A stretch of 64,000 nucleotides of DNA from Sedimentisphaerales bacterium (GTDB lineage Bacteria > Planctomycetota > Phycisphaerae > Sedimentisphaerales > Anaerobacaceae): NCBI GenBank assembly GCA_963708075.1, contig OY970194.1:6272001-6336000 (forward strand), read 5' to 3'. Position numbers and translations under genes: made by a program. The notes below the pieces were generated by a model. It did not search any database. It was not told the DNA's origin and saw only the letters and a program-made list of their open reading frames with translations. Below are positions 10,040-20,007 of this stretch, piece after piece. Position 1 is the stretch's first letter; every line of letters begins with the position of its first letter.

Positions 10040-10840
10040 ATGGCGAATCGGCGTTTGGCAGAGAATCGGAGCACGCGACGGGACTTCCTGAGAATGACGG
10101 CGGGGGCGGGGACATTGGGGGCGGCGGCTGCCCTGGCCGGGGCCGGGTGTTCGAGTATTACGGGGAGTTCCTTTCATTCGGCCTCCCGCGGCTTCATCGG
10201 CACGGGCGCCGTCATCCTGTTCCAGGGCGATTCTATCACCGACGTCGGCAGGGACAGGTTACGAGAGAAGATCCCCAATGATGCGAAGGCCCTGGGCACG
10301 GGCTATGCCTATCTCGCGGCGTCGCAATTGCTGGCCGACCGTCCCGTGGCCGGCCTGCGAATCTACAACCGCGGGATCAGCGGGCACAAGGTGTTCCAAC
10401 TGGCCGAGCGGTGGGACGCCGACTGCATCGCCCTCAAGCCCGACGTGGTGAGCATCCTCATCGGCGTCAACGATATCTGGCACCGGCTCAACGGCCAGTA
10501 CAACGGCACCGTCGAGGTCTATGAGGAGGACTATCGCCACCTCCTGGAGCGGACGCGGCAGACGCTGCCACAGGTGAAACTGGTGGTTTGTGAGCCGTTT
10601 GTGCTTCGTTGCGGGGCTGTCAACAGCAAATGGTTCCCCGATTTCGATGGGTATCGGGCCGCCGCCAGGAAGGTCGCGAAGAAATCTGACGCCGTGTTCG
10701 TTCCGTTCCAGTCGGTGTTCGATGAGGCGGCGCAAAAGGCTCCCCCTGCCTATTGGGCGGTGGATGGGGTCCATCCCACCATGGCCGGCGCGTACCTCAT
10801 GACCCGGACCTGGCTCAAGGCGGTTCTCGCGTGCCTGAAA
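10040..10840 (+). CDS. Tat-exported SGNH/GDSL hydrolase; end approximate because the frame reads through into the next gene
   Basis: AAGGAG RBS, TRRDFLR Tat motif, FQGDSIT, NRGISG, IGVNDIW, DGVHP. Confidence 0.85.
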
Positions 10841-10924
10841 ATGGCGAAAAAGGTGGAACACGCGGCGGCTTTCTGGTATCCTGTAGGCAGGTACGAACGC
10901 CGAGATCTGGAAAGGGGTGAAACT

Positions 10925-11710
10925 ATGGGTAGAAGACGTGGGTTTACACTCATCGAGTTGCTCGTGGTCATTTCGATCATTTCCATCCTGATGGCCGTGC
11001 TCATGCCGGCGCTGAACCGGGTGAAGGACCAGGGGAGGTTGACGACCTGCCGCTCGAATCTCCGCAACTACGCCTTGATCGGGCGAATGTACTCGGATGA
11101 CAACGACTTCGAATTCCCGTATTCCTTTGGCTGGCTCTACGCTAAGGACAAGGGCAACGGGTGTGTGTGGCATGACAGGAGCAAGAATCTCGATCAGCAT
11201 CCGGAACTGGCCGGCGTGATGTGGTCGTATCTGAAAGGTCAGAAAATCAACCTTTGTCCGACATTCAGTACGGTCGCCCGACAGATGAGCTGCTACATGT
11301 GCAAGGGCGCCACGATTGGGATCGACCCGCAATATGGGTATACAATGAACAGCTATCTCAATGGCGATGCGTGGGGCGCGGTGCCGGACCAATATGAGCC
11401 CACGATCAAGGATCTCAAGCTCGAATCGCAGGTGAGGGAGCCGGCGCTGACGTTCTATTTTGGGGAGGAGAACACTTGGGCGATTCCGGGGATCAGTGGC
11501 GCCGGCATCAACGACAACAACCTTCGCTCGACCCCCAACGGGACGACGGACTGCTTCGCGACATTCCACAAGCCGCCCAGCGGCGACCTGAACAATGGCG
11601 TCAGCTTTGCGGCGTTTGTCGACGGGCATGTGGATTTCGTGACTCCGTATCCGAAGGGCAACACGTTCGTATTGAGCTGGCCCGGCAAAAAACCCGGCCC
11701 GACGTTCTGA
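10925..11710 (+). CDS. Prepilin-type N-terminal cleavage/methylation domain protein (H-X-DG C-terminus)
   Basis: GFTLIELLVVISIISILMAVLMPAL; H...FVDGHV; own purine-rich RBS. Confidence 0.88.
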   Translation: MGRRRGFTLIELLVVISIISILMAVLMPALNRVKDQGRLTTCRSNLRNYALIGRMYSDDNDFEFPYSFGWLYAKDKGNGCVWHDRSKNLDQHPELAGVMWSYLKGQKINLCPTFSTVARQMSCYMCKGATIGIDPQYGYTMNSYLNGDAWGAVPDQYEPTIKDLKLESQVREPALTFYFGEENTWAIPGISGAGINDNNLRSTPNGTTDCFATFHKPPSGDLNNGVSFAAFVDGHVDFVTPYPKGNTFVLSWPGKKPGPTF

Positions 11711-11785
11711 GCCACTGACAAGGCGCTCGTGAGAATTCCACGGCATGAATGGTCCGGCGGAGGGGCCGCGGCTTGAGTCCTTGTG

Positions 11786-12826
11786 TCACTTCACCTCGGC
11801 GGATTTGCCGAGCACGTCCTGCACGTAGAGCATCTTGACCCAGACCATGATGACTGCCATCAGCGGTGTGGCGACCAGCGCGCCCAGCACGCCGAACAGC
11901 AGCCCGAGGGCGACAACCGCCAGAATCACCAGGGCCGGCGGCACTTCCACGGCCCTTTTTTGGATCAGAGGGATCAGCACGTGATTCTCGACCTGCTGCA
12001 CGATGACGTAGACGATGACCGCGTACAAAGCGGTCCTCCAATCCTGCGTCAAGGCGATGAGCACGCCGGGAATCGCTCCCATGATGGGGCCGATGAACGG
12101 GATGAACTCCAGTATGCCCGCGATCACGCCGAGCAGCAGGACCATCGGCACGCCCGCCAGCCACAGTCCCAGCGCCACCATGACGCCGACGGAGAGCATC
12201 GACACCCCCTGTCCCAGCAGCCAACGCTGCAGCGTCAGCGCGGTCGCGTCCAGCACTTCGGTAACGCGCTGGGACTTGCCCTTGGGCACCAGCGAAACGA
12301 TTCCCCGCCTGTAGGTGTCCGGATTGATGGCGAAGTAGATGGCGGTGAAGATGACGATGATGAAGTCGGCGACGACGGTGAAGGCGGCGGAGGCGATCCC
12401 CGTAAAGCGGGTGACCAGATGGAACCCCTGGCCTGCCGCCGATTCCGGAGGGGCCAGATGGCTGAGGATGTACTGTCCCCAGGGATACTGCTGCAGTCGT
12501 TCCTCGATTTGCTTCACGGAGTCCGGCAGGCTCTTGAGGAGCTGTGCCATCTGTGCGTTGATCGGGGGACCGGCGAACCAGACGAACAGACTGAGGGCGG
12601 CGATCAGTACGACGGCTACAGGAATCAGGGCCCATTCCGTGGGAATCCGCAGGTACCGGCCGAGCAGGCTGGCCATGCCGCGAAAAGCCGCGGCCAGAAG
12701 AACACCCACGAACGCCAGCAGAAGCGCCCCGGCGATCCGCCAGACCAGCAAAGCCAGCGCTACGACGGCGACCACTACCAACGCGTGGTACGTGAACATG
12801 CTGAATCCGCGATACTCTCTCTCCAT
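11786..12826 (-). CDS. AI-2E family transporter (start approximate)
   Basis: Multi-TM; FIPFIGP, QQVENHVLIPLIQ, GVLGALVATPL motifs. Confidence 0.88.
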   Translation of the reverse strand: MEREYRGFSMFTYHALVVVAVVALALLVWRIAGALLLAFVGVLLAAAFRGMASLLGRYLRIPTEWALIPVAVVLIAALSLFVWFAGPPINAQMAQLLKSLPDSVKQIEERLQQYPWGQYILSHLAPPESAAGQGFHLVTRFTGIASAAFTVVADFIIVIFTAIYFAINPDTYRRGIVSLVPKGKSQRVTEVLDATALTLQRWLLGQGVSMLSVGVMVALGLWLAGVPMVLLLGVIAGILEFIPFIGPIMGAIPGVLIALTQDWRTALYAVIVYVIVQQVENHVLIPLIQKRAVEVPPALVILAVVALGLLFGVLGALVATPLMAVIMVWVKMLYVQDVLGKSAEVK

Positions 12827-13121
12827 ATTTGTTGGTACCATGAGTCGTCCCTCGCGAATTGATGACGTCCCTTCAATGTACCCTCGCGATGATGCCCTTC
12901 TGCCACCAGAGAACCCTGTCCATAGCTCAATTCCTTTGCCGCGCCCCTGGGGCCTCCTCACCGATCCGCCGATACACCAGAAACCCGAATTCCCCCAGAT
13001 CCTCAATCGGGTTTTCCCCCAATGGCCCGCTCTCCGATTCCCTACAACTATGGACAATGGCTCGCCGCAGGATGGACAGACGGAATGCACGCTATGACAC
13101 GAACATGGATTTCCTCCGCAA

Positions 13122-13194
<73 letters not shown>

Positions 13195-13467
13195 GAAACA
13201 TCCAACCGTCGCCGGTCGTTGGCTTCCGGCGACGATCGTCACCATACTAACACATCGGTCCGGGGGCTGGCAAGCAATTTTTCTGACATTTGGCGGCATT
13301 CTCCGCACTGCCGCATGTGCGGTCAAAGGGCTGAGGCACAGGAGTGCGAGGGGAGGAAAAGGATTGATACCTCTGCTGGAGGGGGTATCATTTGTGCGAT
13401 GTTGGCTCCGGATGCACGTAGAGTGGCTTCGGCCTGATCCCGGCGGCGTGTTGCTGGTGGGCCGGCG

Positions 13468-14295
13468 ATGATAATCCTGTTGAAGCGAGTGCAGGCAACC
13501 GTGTCTGGCGACGAATTCATATTACTGCTCTTCTCCGCCCTCGTGGCGGCCTATACCTGGTACCGGTGGTACACGGCCGCCTTTGTCAGGACGCTGGTTG
13601 CCCGTAATGCCAGCCGACTCATCTTTATTACCGGACCTATCGTCTGTCTTGTACTGCTGTACCTTGTTCTAAGGTGGTGGGCGGCCGATGATGTCCGCAA
13701 CAGCGAGACCTACCTGACGCTCTACATGCTGGCGGGCGCCGCCTGGGCGGGCCTCGGGGCGCACCTTCTCCGCTTCCTGGGCGTCAGCCCGCGAGACGAC
13801 GTGATCGAGCGTCAAAACCTGGCGGCCGCCTTTGCGACGGCCGGCGCGCTGGCGGGGATTACCTTCTGCTTCGCCGGGGGGAATATCGGGAATGGGCCCG
13901 GATGGTGGGTGGTGATCTTCAGTGCGGCTCTATCCACGGGCGCCTTCTTCCTGCTCTGGGGGGGGGTCGAGTGGCTCACAGGAATCAGCGAGTCGGTCAC
14001 GATAGAGCGGACCAGCGGCGCAGGTCTGCGGCTTGGCGGTTTCCTCGCCGGGGTGGGCATGATTCTGGGCAGGGCCGTAGCGGGTGACTGGGTTTCAGCC
14101 GACGCCACCATCCGGGATTTCGCGGTGGTCGCATGGCCTGTCCTGCCTTTCGCGGCAGCAGCGATCATCGTCGAGCGGCTCTGGCCCTTTGACATCAACG
14201 CCCGTACGGAGGACTCGGCGGCGGGATTGTTCATCGCGGCGGTCTATGTGGCCGTCTCCTTCCTCTACGTCTTCATCTCGCAGGGGCTGCCTTGA
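13468..14295 (+). CDS. Polytopic membrane protein, DUF350-like (alternative GTG start at 13501)
   Basis: About 8 hydrophobic segments; DDVIERQNLAAA and VTIERTSGAG repeats resemble the DUF350 E..N.A motif. Confidence 0.65.
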   Translation: MIILLKRVQATVSGDEFILLLFSALVAAYTWYRWYTAAFVRTLVARNASRLIFITGPIVCLVLLYLVLRWWAADDVRNSETYLTLYMLAGAAWAGLGAHLLRFLGVSPRDDVIERQNLAAAFATAGALAGITFCFAGGNIGNGPGWWVVIFSAALSTGAFFLLWGGVEWLTGISESVTIERTSGAGLRLGGFLAGVGMILGRAVAGDWVSADATIRDFAVVAWPVLPFAAAAIIVERLWPFDINARTEDSAAGLFIAAVYVAVSFLYVFISQGLP

Positions 14296-15569
14296 ACCCG
14301 CCCTGGACCATCCCGGAGCCGATCCCGCAAGCTCAGTTTCGCGATATCCGCCTGAGCATGATCTTCGATCACCACAAGTGGGACAGCCAATTTGAGGATA
14401 TCGAGAGCCTGGGTCGTCGCTGTCTGATCCTCGAGTGGGAAGCCTGGGAGGACTTGCGGGATCAATCGGAGCGGCTGTGGACGGAGGCTCTTGCCGCTGA
14501 AGAAGAGATCATGGGCCGGCCCGACCTGTGCAAAGAGCTTGGGCTGGGCCGCCAACTGTGCAAGGCGTGTACGCGGACTGCCGGACGAGTCCCCTCGAAA
14601 GGCATGGCTCGGATCATGCGATTCGATTTTCATTTCACGCCGGAGGGCTGGCGGATCTCGGAAGCCAACGCGGACGTGCCGGGCGGGTTCATTGAATCGA
14701 GCGCGTTTGCGGAGCTTGCCTGCGGGTGTTATGACGGGACGACCTGTGCGCCGGATGCCGCCGGGCAATACGCTATAGCGGTTGCATCATCGCTTGGCGC
14801 AGGCTCACGCGTCGCCTTCGTACACGCGACGGCATACACCGACGACCGGCAGGTGATGCTGTTCCTCGCGGAGAGATTCGCGGCTGAAGGGCTTGTGCCG
14901 ATACTGGTCAGCCCCACGGATTTGCTCTGGGTCAATGGCCGTGCCCAACTGGCCGGTGATGGTGGAGGGTTCGACGGGATCGTGCGTTTCTATCCGGCGG
15001 AGTGGCTGCCCAACATTCCGCGAAGGCATACGTGGGAGCGGTTCTTCCACGGCGGCGCCACACCGCAGAGCAATCCGGGATACTCCCTCATCGTCCAAAG
15101 CAAGAGATTCCCGCTGATCTGGGATCGGCTGAAGACGAACCTGTCGACCTGGAGGCGTCTGCTGCCCGAGACACGGGACCCGCGAGAGGCCGGCTGGCGC
15201 AACAGCGAAGAATGGGTGCTGAAGCCGGCCCTGGGGAGGGTTGGCGAATGGATCGGGATTCGTGGAGTCACGGCGGAAAAGGAATGGCGGCAGATCGCCG
15301 GGAACGCCGCAAGACACCCGCGATACTGGGCCGCGCAGAAACGCTTTGCGGCGGTTGCGGCCGACTGCGAAGGTGAAAACCTCTTTCCCTGCCTGGGCGT
15401 ATATGTTATCGATGGGAAGGCATGTGGAGTCTATGGGCGAGCGTCGTCCGTGCCATTGATCGACAGCCGGGCGCAGGATATTCCAATTCTCATTAGGCGA
15501 GGCAGGATGGATTCCGCAACCGATGCACACGCCGCCTCCACAGTGGCTTTCGGAGAACAACGAAGATGA
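14292..15569 (+). CDS. Glutathionylspermidine-synthase-like ATP-grasp ligase
   Basis: MRFDF, ISEANADVPGGFIE, RFYPAEWL, QSKR, WVLKPALGRVGE. Confidence 0.82.
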   Translation: MNPPWTIPEPIPQAQFRDIRLSMIFDHHKWDSQFEDIESLGRRCLILEWEAWEDLRDQSERLWTEALAAEEEIMGRPDLCKELGLGRQLCKACTRTAGRVPSKGMARIMRFDFHFTPEGWRISEANADVPGGFIESSAFAELACGCYDGTTCAPDAAGQYAIAVASSLGAGSRVAFVHATAYTDDRQVMLFLAERFAAEGLVPILVSPTDLLWVNGRAQLAGDGGGFDGIVRFYPAEWLPNIPRRHTWERFFHGGATPQSNPGYSLIVQSKRFPLIWDRLKTNLSTWRRLLPETRDPREAGWRNSEEWVLKPALGRVGEWIGIRGVTAEKEWRQIAGNAARHPRYWAAQKRFAAVAADCEGENLFPCLGVYVIDGKACGVYGRASSVPLIDSRAQDIPILIRRGRMDSATDAHAASTVAFGEQRR

Positions 15570-16354
15570 CGGGACGAGAGATCTATGAGGTCTGGGCGCC
15601 TGCCTCTGACGAGTGGTCGCCGTGGGTTAAGCCGGTGCTGTTCACCGAGATCGACGAGGTGATCACGGCGAGCATTTCCAACTGGCTGCCGGAAGAGTCC
15701 GGACTGCGGTGCAGCGTCGGAGCCCGGCGCGATACGGCGATCATCGTGGACCTGCCGGGGCCGCAATCCTTGCCGGCGGGGTTCGCTCTTGCCAAAGATG
15801 GGTACCGGCCGGTTCCGCTGTACAATACGACATCGGGAAGACGGCAACGCGTGCTGCCGGAGAAGTGCGTGCTGAGCGATGTCACTACCCTGGTGCGAAT
15901 GCTCGCCAGGCCGCTCCCGGATTATGTGCGAAACACGATCGTCGGGGACAATCCGCCGGCCTTCCTGCTCGACTCGCGCCGGCTCAGGGGCGAGCGCGGA
16001 CCGGCTCCCGGGATGTACGACAACCGGTGGATAGTCTTCCCACAGGATTTCCCGTCCGCCGCGTTTCTCAAATCCAGAGGAATCACGCAGGCCATCGTCA
16101 TCCAGGAGACTCTTCTGCCGGCGGAGGACCTCGCTCACGTCCTGCTTCGCTGGAAGGAGGGAGGCATCACGATCTATCTGCAGGATACAGGCGAAACCGC
16201 GTCGGTTCGCCTTGCCGATCTGCGTCGCCCGCCGCGGTTTCGCCGGGCGATCTATTGTGCCCTTGCCCTGATGGGCTTGCGAAGGAACAGTGCGGGGGGA
16301 TTTGGCTCCATCATTCCGGTTCCAGGACAGGGTGGTGGCGGTGGTTTCGGGTAA
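15566..16354 (+). CDS. Hypothetical protein with a Gly-rich GGFG...GGGGGFG tail
   Basis: ATGA overlap with the upstream gene; globular composition; WSPWVKPVLF and YDNRWIVFPQDFPS segments. Confidence 0.75.
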   Translation: MTGREIYEVWAPASDEWSPWVKPVLFTEIDEVITASISNWLPEESGLRCSVGARRDTAIIVDLPGPQSLPAGFALAKDGYRPVPLYNTTSGRRQRVLPEKCVLSDVTTLVRMLARPLPDYVRNTIVGDNPPAFLLDSRRLRGERGPAPGMYDNRWIVFPQDFPSAAFLKSRGITQAIVIQETLLPAEDLAHVLLRWKEGGITIYLQDTGETASVRLADLRRPPRFRRAIYCALALMGLRRNSAGGFGSIIPVPGQGGGGGFG

Positions 16355-16359
16355 ACACG

Positions 16360-18666
16360 TTGGTGACGCGAAGAAGAATACTGATGAAGGGTCGAGTGCA
16401 GGGGGTCGGATTCCGGCCCACGGTGCACCGGCTGGCCATGCTGCTGGAGCTCAGCGGCTTTGTCTTGAACGACACGCTGGGTGTGACGATCGAACTGCAG
16501 GGACAGGAGCAGCGGATCGAGGAGTTCCTGAAGCGTCTGACGACATCGGACCGGCCGCCGCTGGCGGAGATCAAGTCGTGGGACGTTCTGGACATACCTG
16601 TGTCCGAGGGCGAGAAGGGGTTCGCAATCCACAAGAGCCGGGCCCAGGGCGCGGTGCTCTCGGAGGTCTCGGCTGATGTTGCGACCTGTGCGGATTGCCT
16701 GAGGGAGCTGTGGGACAAGAACGATTTTCGCTATCGCTATCCATTCATCAACTGCACCAACTGCGGGCCCAGATATTCTATCATCAAGACCATCCCCTAT
16801 GACCGGCCGAACACCACGATGTCGGTCTTCGAGATGTGTACGGCGTGTGCGGCTCAATATCACGACGTAGCCGACAGGCGATTTCACGCTCAGCCTGTGG
16901 CGTGTCCGCGATGCGGGCCGAGGGTCTGGCTCGCGGACCGTAGCGGCAAACCATTGCTGACGGGCAATGACGAGGCCATCGCAGAAGCGGCGCGATTGTT
17001 GCGGGCGGGCAAGGTCGTCGCGATCAAGGGGGTCGGTGGATTTCATCTGGCCTGCGATGCTCTGAACAATGACGCAGTGCTCCGATTGCGTCAGCGCAAG
17101 CGGCGAGACTACAAGCCCTTTGCAATGATGGCGGCTTCCGTGGATGCTGTGCGCAAGTACGCAGTCGTGGATCGCGCCGCTGAAGAAGTTCTCAGGACTC
17201 CGCAGAGTCCTATCGTGCTATTACCCAGGAGACCGGACGCCGCCATCGCGCCGGCGGTGGCGGAAGGCACGAGCACGCTCGGTTTCATGTTGTGCTACGC
17301 GCCTTTGCATTACCTGCTGTTCGCCGAAGGTCTGGATGCACTGGTGATGACGAGCGGAAACCTCTCCGATGAGCCGCTGATCTGCCGGAACGAGCTTGCC
17401 CTGGAGCGCCTCGGCGACGTGGCGGACGCATTCCTGATGCATGACCGCGAAATCTATCGACAGGTCGATGACTCGATTGTGCATTTCGTTGCCGGCGAGC
17501 CGGTCCTGTTGCGGCGGTCCAGAGGCTACGTGCCGACGCCAATCTATATGGCGGAAAGATCGCCGCAGGAGGTGTTGGCAGCCGGCGCGGATCTGAAGAA
17601 CACGTTCTGCCTCGTGAAGCAAAACCAGCTCATTCTCAGCGAGCACATCGGCGATCTCGAGGACGCCGAGGTCTATCATCATTACGTCCGCTCCATCGAG
17701 CACCTGAAGGGGCTGTTTGAGGTCCAGCCGCAGGTCGTCGCATGCGATCTCCATCCCGGCTATCTGTCCACGCAATACGCGAAATCGCTGCACGTCGCGA
17801 GGGTCATCGAGGTCCAGCATCATTGGGCGCACATCGCCTCGGTGCTGGCCGAGCACGGATTGGTCGGGCCGGTGATCGGTCTGGAGTGCGACGGCACGGG
17901 CTACGGCACGGATGGAGCCATCTGGGGATGCGAATGCATGATTGCCTCGCTGGCGAGCTTCGAGCGATTCGGCCATCTGGCGTACTACCCTCTGGCGGGC
18001 GGCGACAAGGCGAGTAAAGAGGCAGTCCGGCCGCTCCTGAGCCTGCTGCGACAGGCGTATGGCGAGGATTTCGCCCTTGCCGAATTTGCATGGTTGCTCG
18101 AACGCATCGAGCCGGATGAAAAGAAACTCAGGCTCATCGCGGAGCAGATCGACAAGGGCATCAACACCGTGAACACCTCCAGCCTCGGCAGGGTTTTCGA
18201 TGCTGTTGCCGCAATGATCGGCCTGGGAGAACGGAACCATTTTGATGCACAATTGCCGATGGCGCTGGAGTCCATAGCGCAGCGGGATGCCGACGATCGC
18301 TACGAGTACGATCTGCACCGTCCCGGTGGTGAACCAGTGCAACTGAGCCTTCGTAAGGCTCTGAGAGGATTGGTTGGCGACCTGAAGCGGGCAGAGACTC
18401 CGGCGATTATCTCCGCGAAGTTCCACAACACGCTCGTCGAGGCTTTGCTGGCCATGGCGAAGGCGGCCCGGGAGAGCACGCGACTGGAGACGGCAGCCCT
18501 GAGCGGCGGCGTCTTCTGCAACCGCTATCTGGTGAATCGCCTGGCAATGCGATTGAAACAGGAGGGGTTTACGGTATTATTGAATCGCGTTGTCCCGTCC
18601 AACGACGGGGGTATCGCGCTCGGCCAGGCGGCCATTGCAGCTCATATTCTCAACATGGATTCATAA
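16360..18666 (+). CDS. hypF: Carbamoyltransferase HypF
   Basis: GRVQGVGFRP acylphosphatase domain; CADC/CTNCGPRY zinc fingers; QHHWAH; NDGGIALGQ. Confidence 0.96.
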   Translation: MVTRRRILMKGRVQGVGFRPTVHRLAMLLELSGFVLNDTLGVTIELQGQEQRIEEFLKRLTTSDRPPLAEIKSWDVLDIPVSEGEKGFAIHKSRAQGAVLSEVSADVATCADCLRELWDKNDFRYRYPFINCTNCGPRYSIIKTIPYDRPNTTMSVFEMCTACAAQYHDVADRRFHAQPVACPRCGPRVWLADRSGKPLLTGNDEAIAEAARLLRAGKVVAIKGVGGFHLACDALNNDAVLRLRQRKRRDYKPFAMMAASVDAVRKYAVVDRAAEEVLRTPQSPIVLLPRRPDAAIAPAVAEGTSTLGFMLCYAPLHYLLFAEGLDALVMTSGNLSDEPLICRNELALERLGDVADAFLMHDREIYRQVDDSIVHFVAGEPVLLRRSRGYVPTPIYMAERSPQEVLAAGADLKNTFCLVKQNQLILSEHIGDLEDAEVYHHYVRSIEHLKGLFEVQPQVVACDLHPGYLSTQYAKSLHVARVIEVQHHWAHIASVLAEHGLVGPVIGLECDGTGYGTDGAIWGCECMIASLASFERFGHLAYYPLAGGDKASKEAVRPLLSLLRQAYGEDFALAEFAWLLERIEPDEKKLRLIAEQIDKGINTVNTSSLGRVFDAVAAMIGLGERNHFDAQLPMALESIAQRDADDRYEYDLHRPGGEPVQLSLRKALRGLVGDLKRAETPAIISAKFHNTLVEALLAMAKAARESTRLETAALSGGVFCNRYLVNRLAMRLKQEGFTVLLNRVVPSNDGGIALGQAAIAAHILNMDS

Positions 18667-18681
18667 GAGGATATACACACG

Positions 18682-18924
18682 ATGTGTTTGGCAGTACCGG
18701 CACGGATCATTGAACTGGTGGATGACAGGGCGGTTGTCGATGCGATGGGCAATCGCTGGAAGGCCAAGACCACGCTTTTGCCCGACGCGAAGCTTGGGGA
18801 TGTCGTGCTGGTGCACGCCGGCTTCGCCATCGCGCTGGTCGATGAGGAGGAGGCCAAGAGGACCTGGGAGCTTTTCGCCGAGATCGAGAACTTCGAAAAG
18901 ACATCGAACAAGGTGTCGGGATAG
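18682..18924 (+). CDS. hypC: Hydrogenase assembly chaperone HypC
   Basis: MCLAVP start; VLVHAGFAI. Confidence 0.96.
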   Translation: MCLAVPARIIELVDDRAVVDAMGNRWKAKTTLLPDAKLGDVVLVHAGFAIALVDEEEAKRTWELFAEIENFEKTSNKVSG

Positions 18925-18929
18925 CCTGC

Positions 18930-20000
18930 ATGCTGGACAGGATCGCCAAAGCGCAACATACCATCGACGAGGCCTGCAAAAGGCTGGATCGGCAGATCAC
19001 GATCATGGAGGTCTGCGGGACGCACACAGTGTCCATCTTCCGCAGCGGGATTCGATCCACGCTGCCCGAGCGGTTGAAGCTGCTGTCGGGTCCGGGCTGC
19101 CCCGTCTGCGTCACGGACCAGGGCTACATCGACACGGTGCTGCAGTTGGCGGACCGGGACGACTGCATCATCGCCACCTACGGCGACATGATCCGCGTGC
19201 CGGGCAGCGATGGCTCGCTCGAAGCGCGGGCCTCCAACGGCAACGTGAAGGTCGTCCTGAGCAGCGAGGATGCACTTCAACTGGCGAGAGAAAACCCCGG
19301 CAAGATCGTCGTATTCATCGCAGTCGGATTTGAGACGACCACGCCGGCCAGCGCTGTCGCCGTCAAGGAGGCGGCGGCGGAAGGCATCGCGAACTTCTGC
19401 ATTCTCAGCGGGCACAAGCTGGTGCTTCCCGCGATGCGGGTGCTGCTGGACGGCATGAACGATCGCATCGATGCCTTCCTGTGCCCGGGACATGTCAGCA
19501 CGATCATCGGCTGGGGCGCATTCGCGGAGATCGTGAACGAATATCATCGGCCCTGCGTGGTCGCGGGCTTTGAGCCGGTGCAGATCATCGAGGGCATAGC
19601 GGAGATTTGCCGTCAGCTCGCGGCGGGCAAGCCCGAGCTGGCGTCTGTCTACAAGGCCGTCGTCAAGGAGAAGGGCAACGCCGCGGCTCAGCAGATCGTC
19701 GAGGAATGCTTTGAGCCGGTGGATGGCTACTGGCGCGGGGTCGGCAAGATTGGCAAGAGCACGCTCGCACTGAGAGAGAAGTACGGCCAGTTCGATGCGT
19801 TCCGGCGATTCGGCCTGGAGGATAAGCCGGGCAAGGAGAACCCTGGATGCCGGTGCGGCGAGGTCCTGTGTGGGTTGATCGAGCCGATGGAATGTCCGCT
19901 GTTCGGCACGCGGTGCACCATCGACAAGCCCGTCGGCCCGTGCATGGTCAGCTCGGAGGGGACCTGTGCGGCGTGGTTCAAGTACGGGCGGAGGAAATAG
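18930..20000 (+). CDS. hypD: Hydrogenase formation protein HypD
   Basis: MEVCGTHT, GPGCPVC, GFETT, PGHVS, GPCMVSSEGTCAA. Confidence 0.97.
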   Translation: MLDRIAKAQHTIDEACKRLDRQITIMEVCGTHTVSIFRSGIRSTLPERLKLLSGPGCPVCVTDQGYIDTVLQLADRDDCIIATYGDMIRVPGSDGSLEARASNGNVKVVLSSEDALQLARENPGKIVVFIAVGFETTTPASAVAVKEAAAEGIANFCILSGHKLVLPAMRVLLDGMNDRIDAFLCPGHVSTIIGWGAFAEIVNEYHRPCVVAGFEPVQIIEGIAEICRQLAAGKPELASVYKAVVKEKGNAAAQQIVEECFEPVDGYWRGVGKIGKSTLALREKYGQFDAFRRFGLEDKPGKENPGCRCGEVLCGLIEPMECPLFGTRCTIDKPVGPCMVSSEGTCAAWFKYGRRK

Positions 20001-20007
20001 CTCAGCG

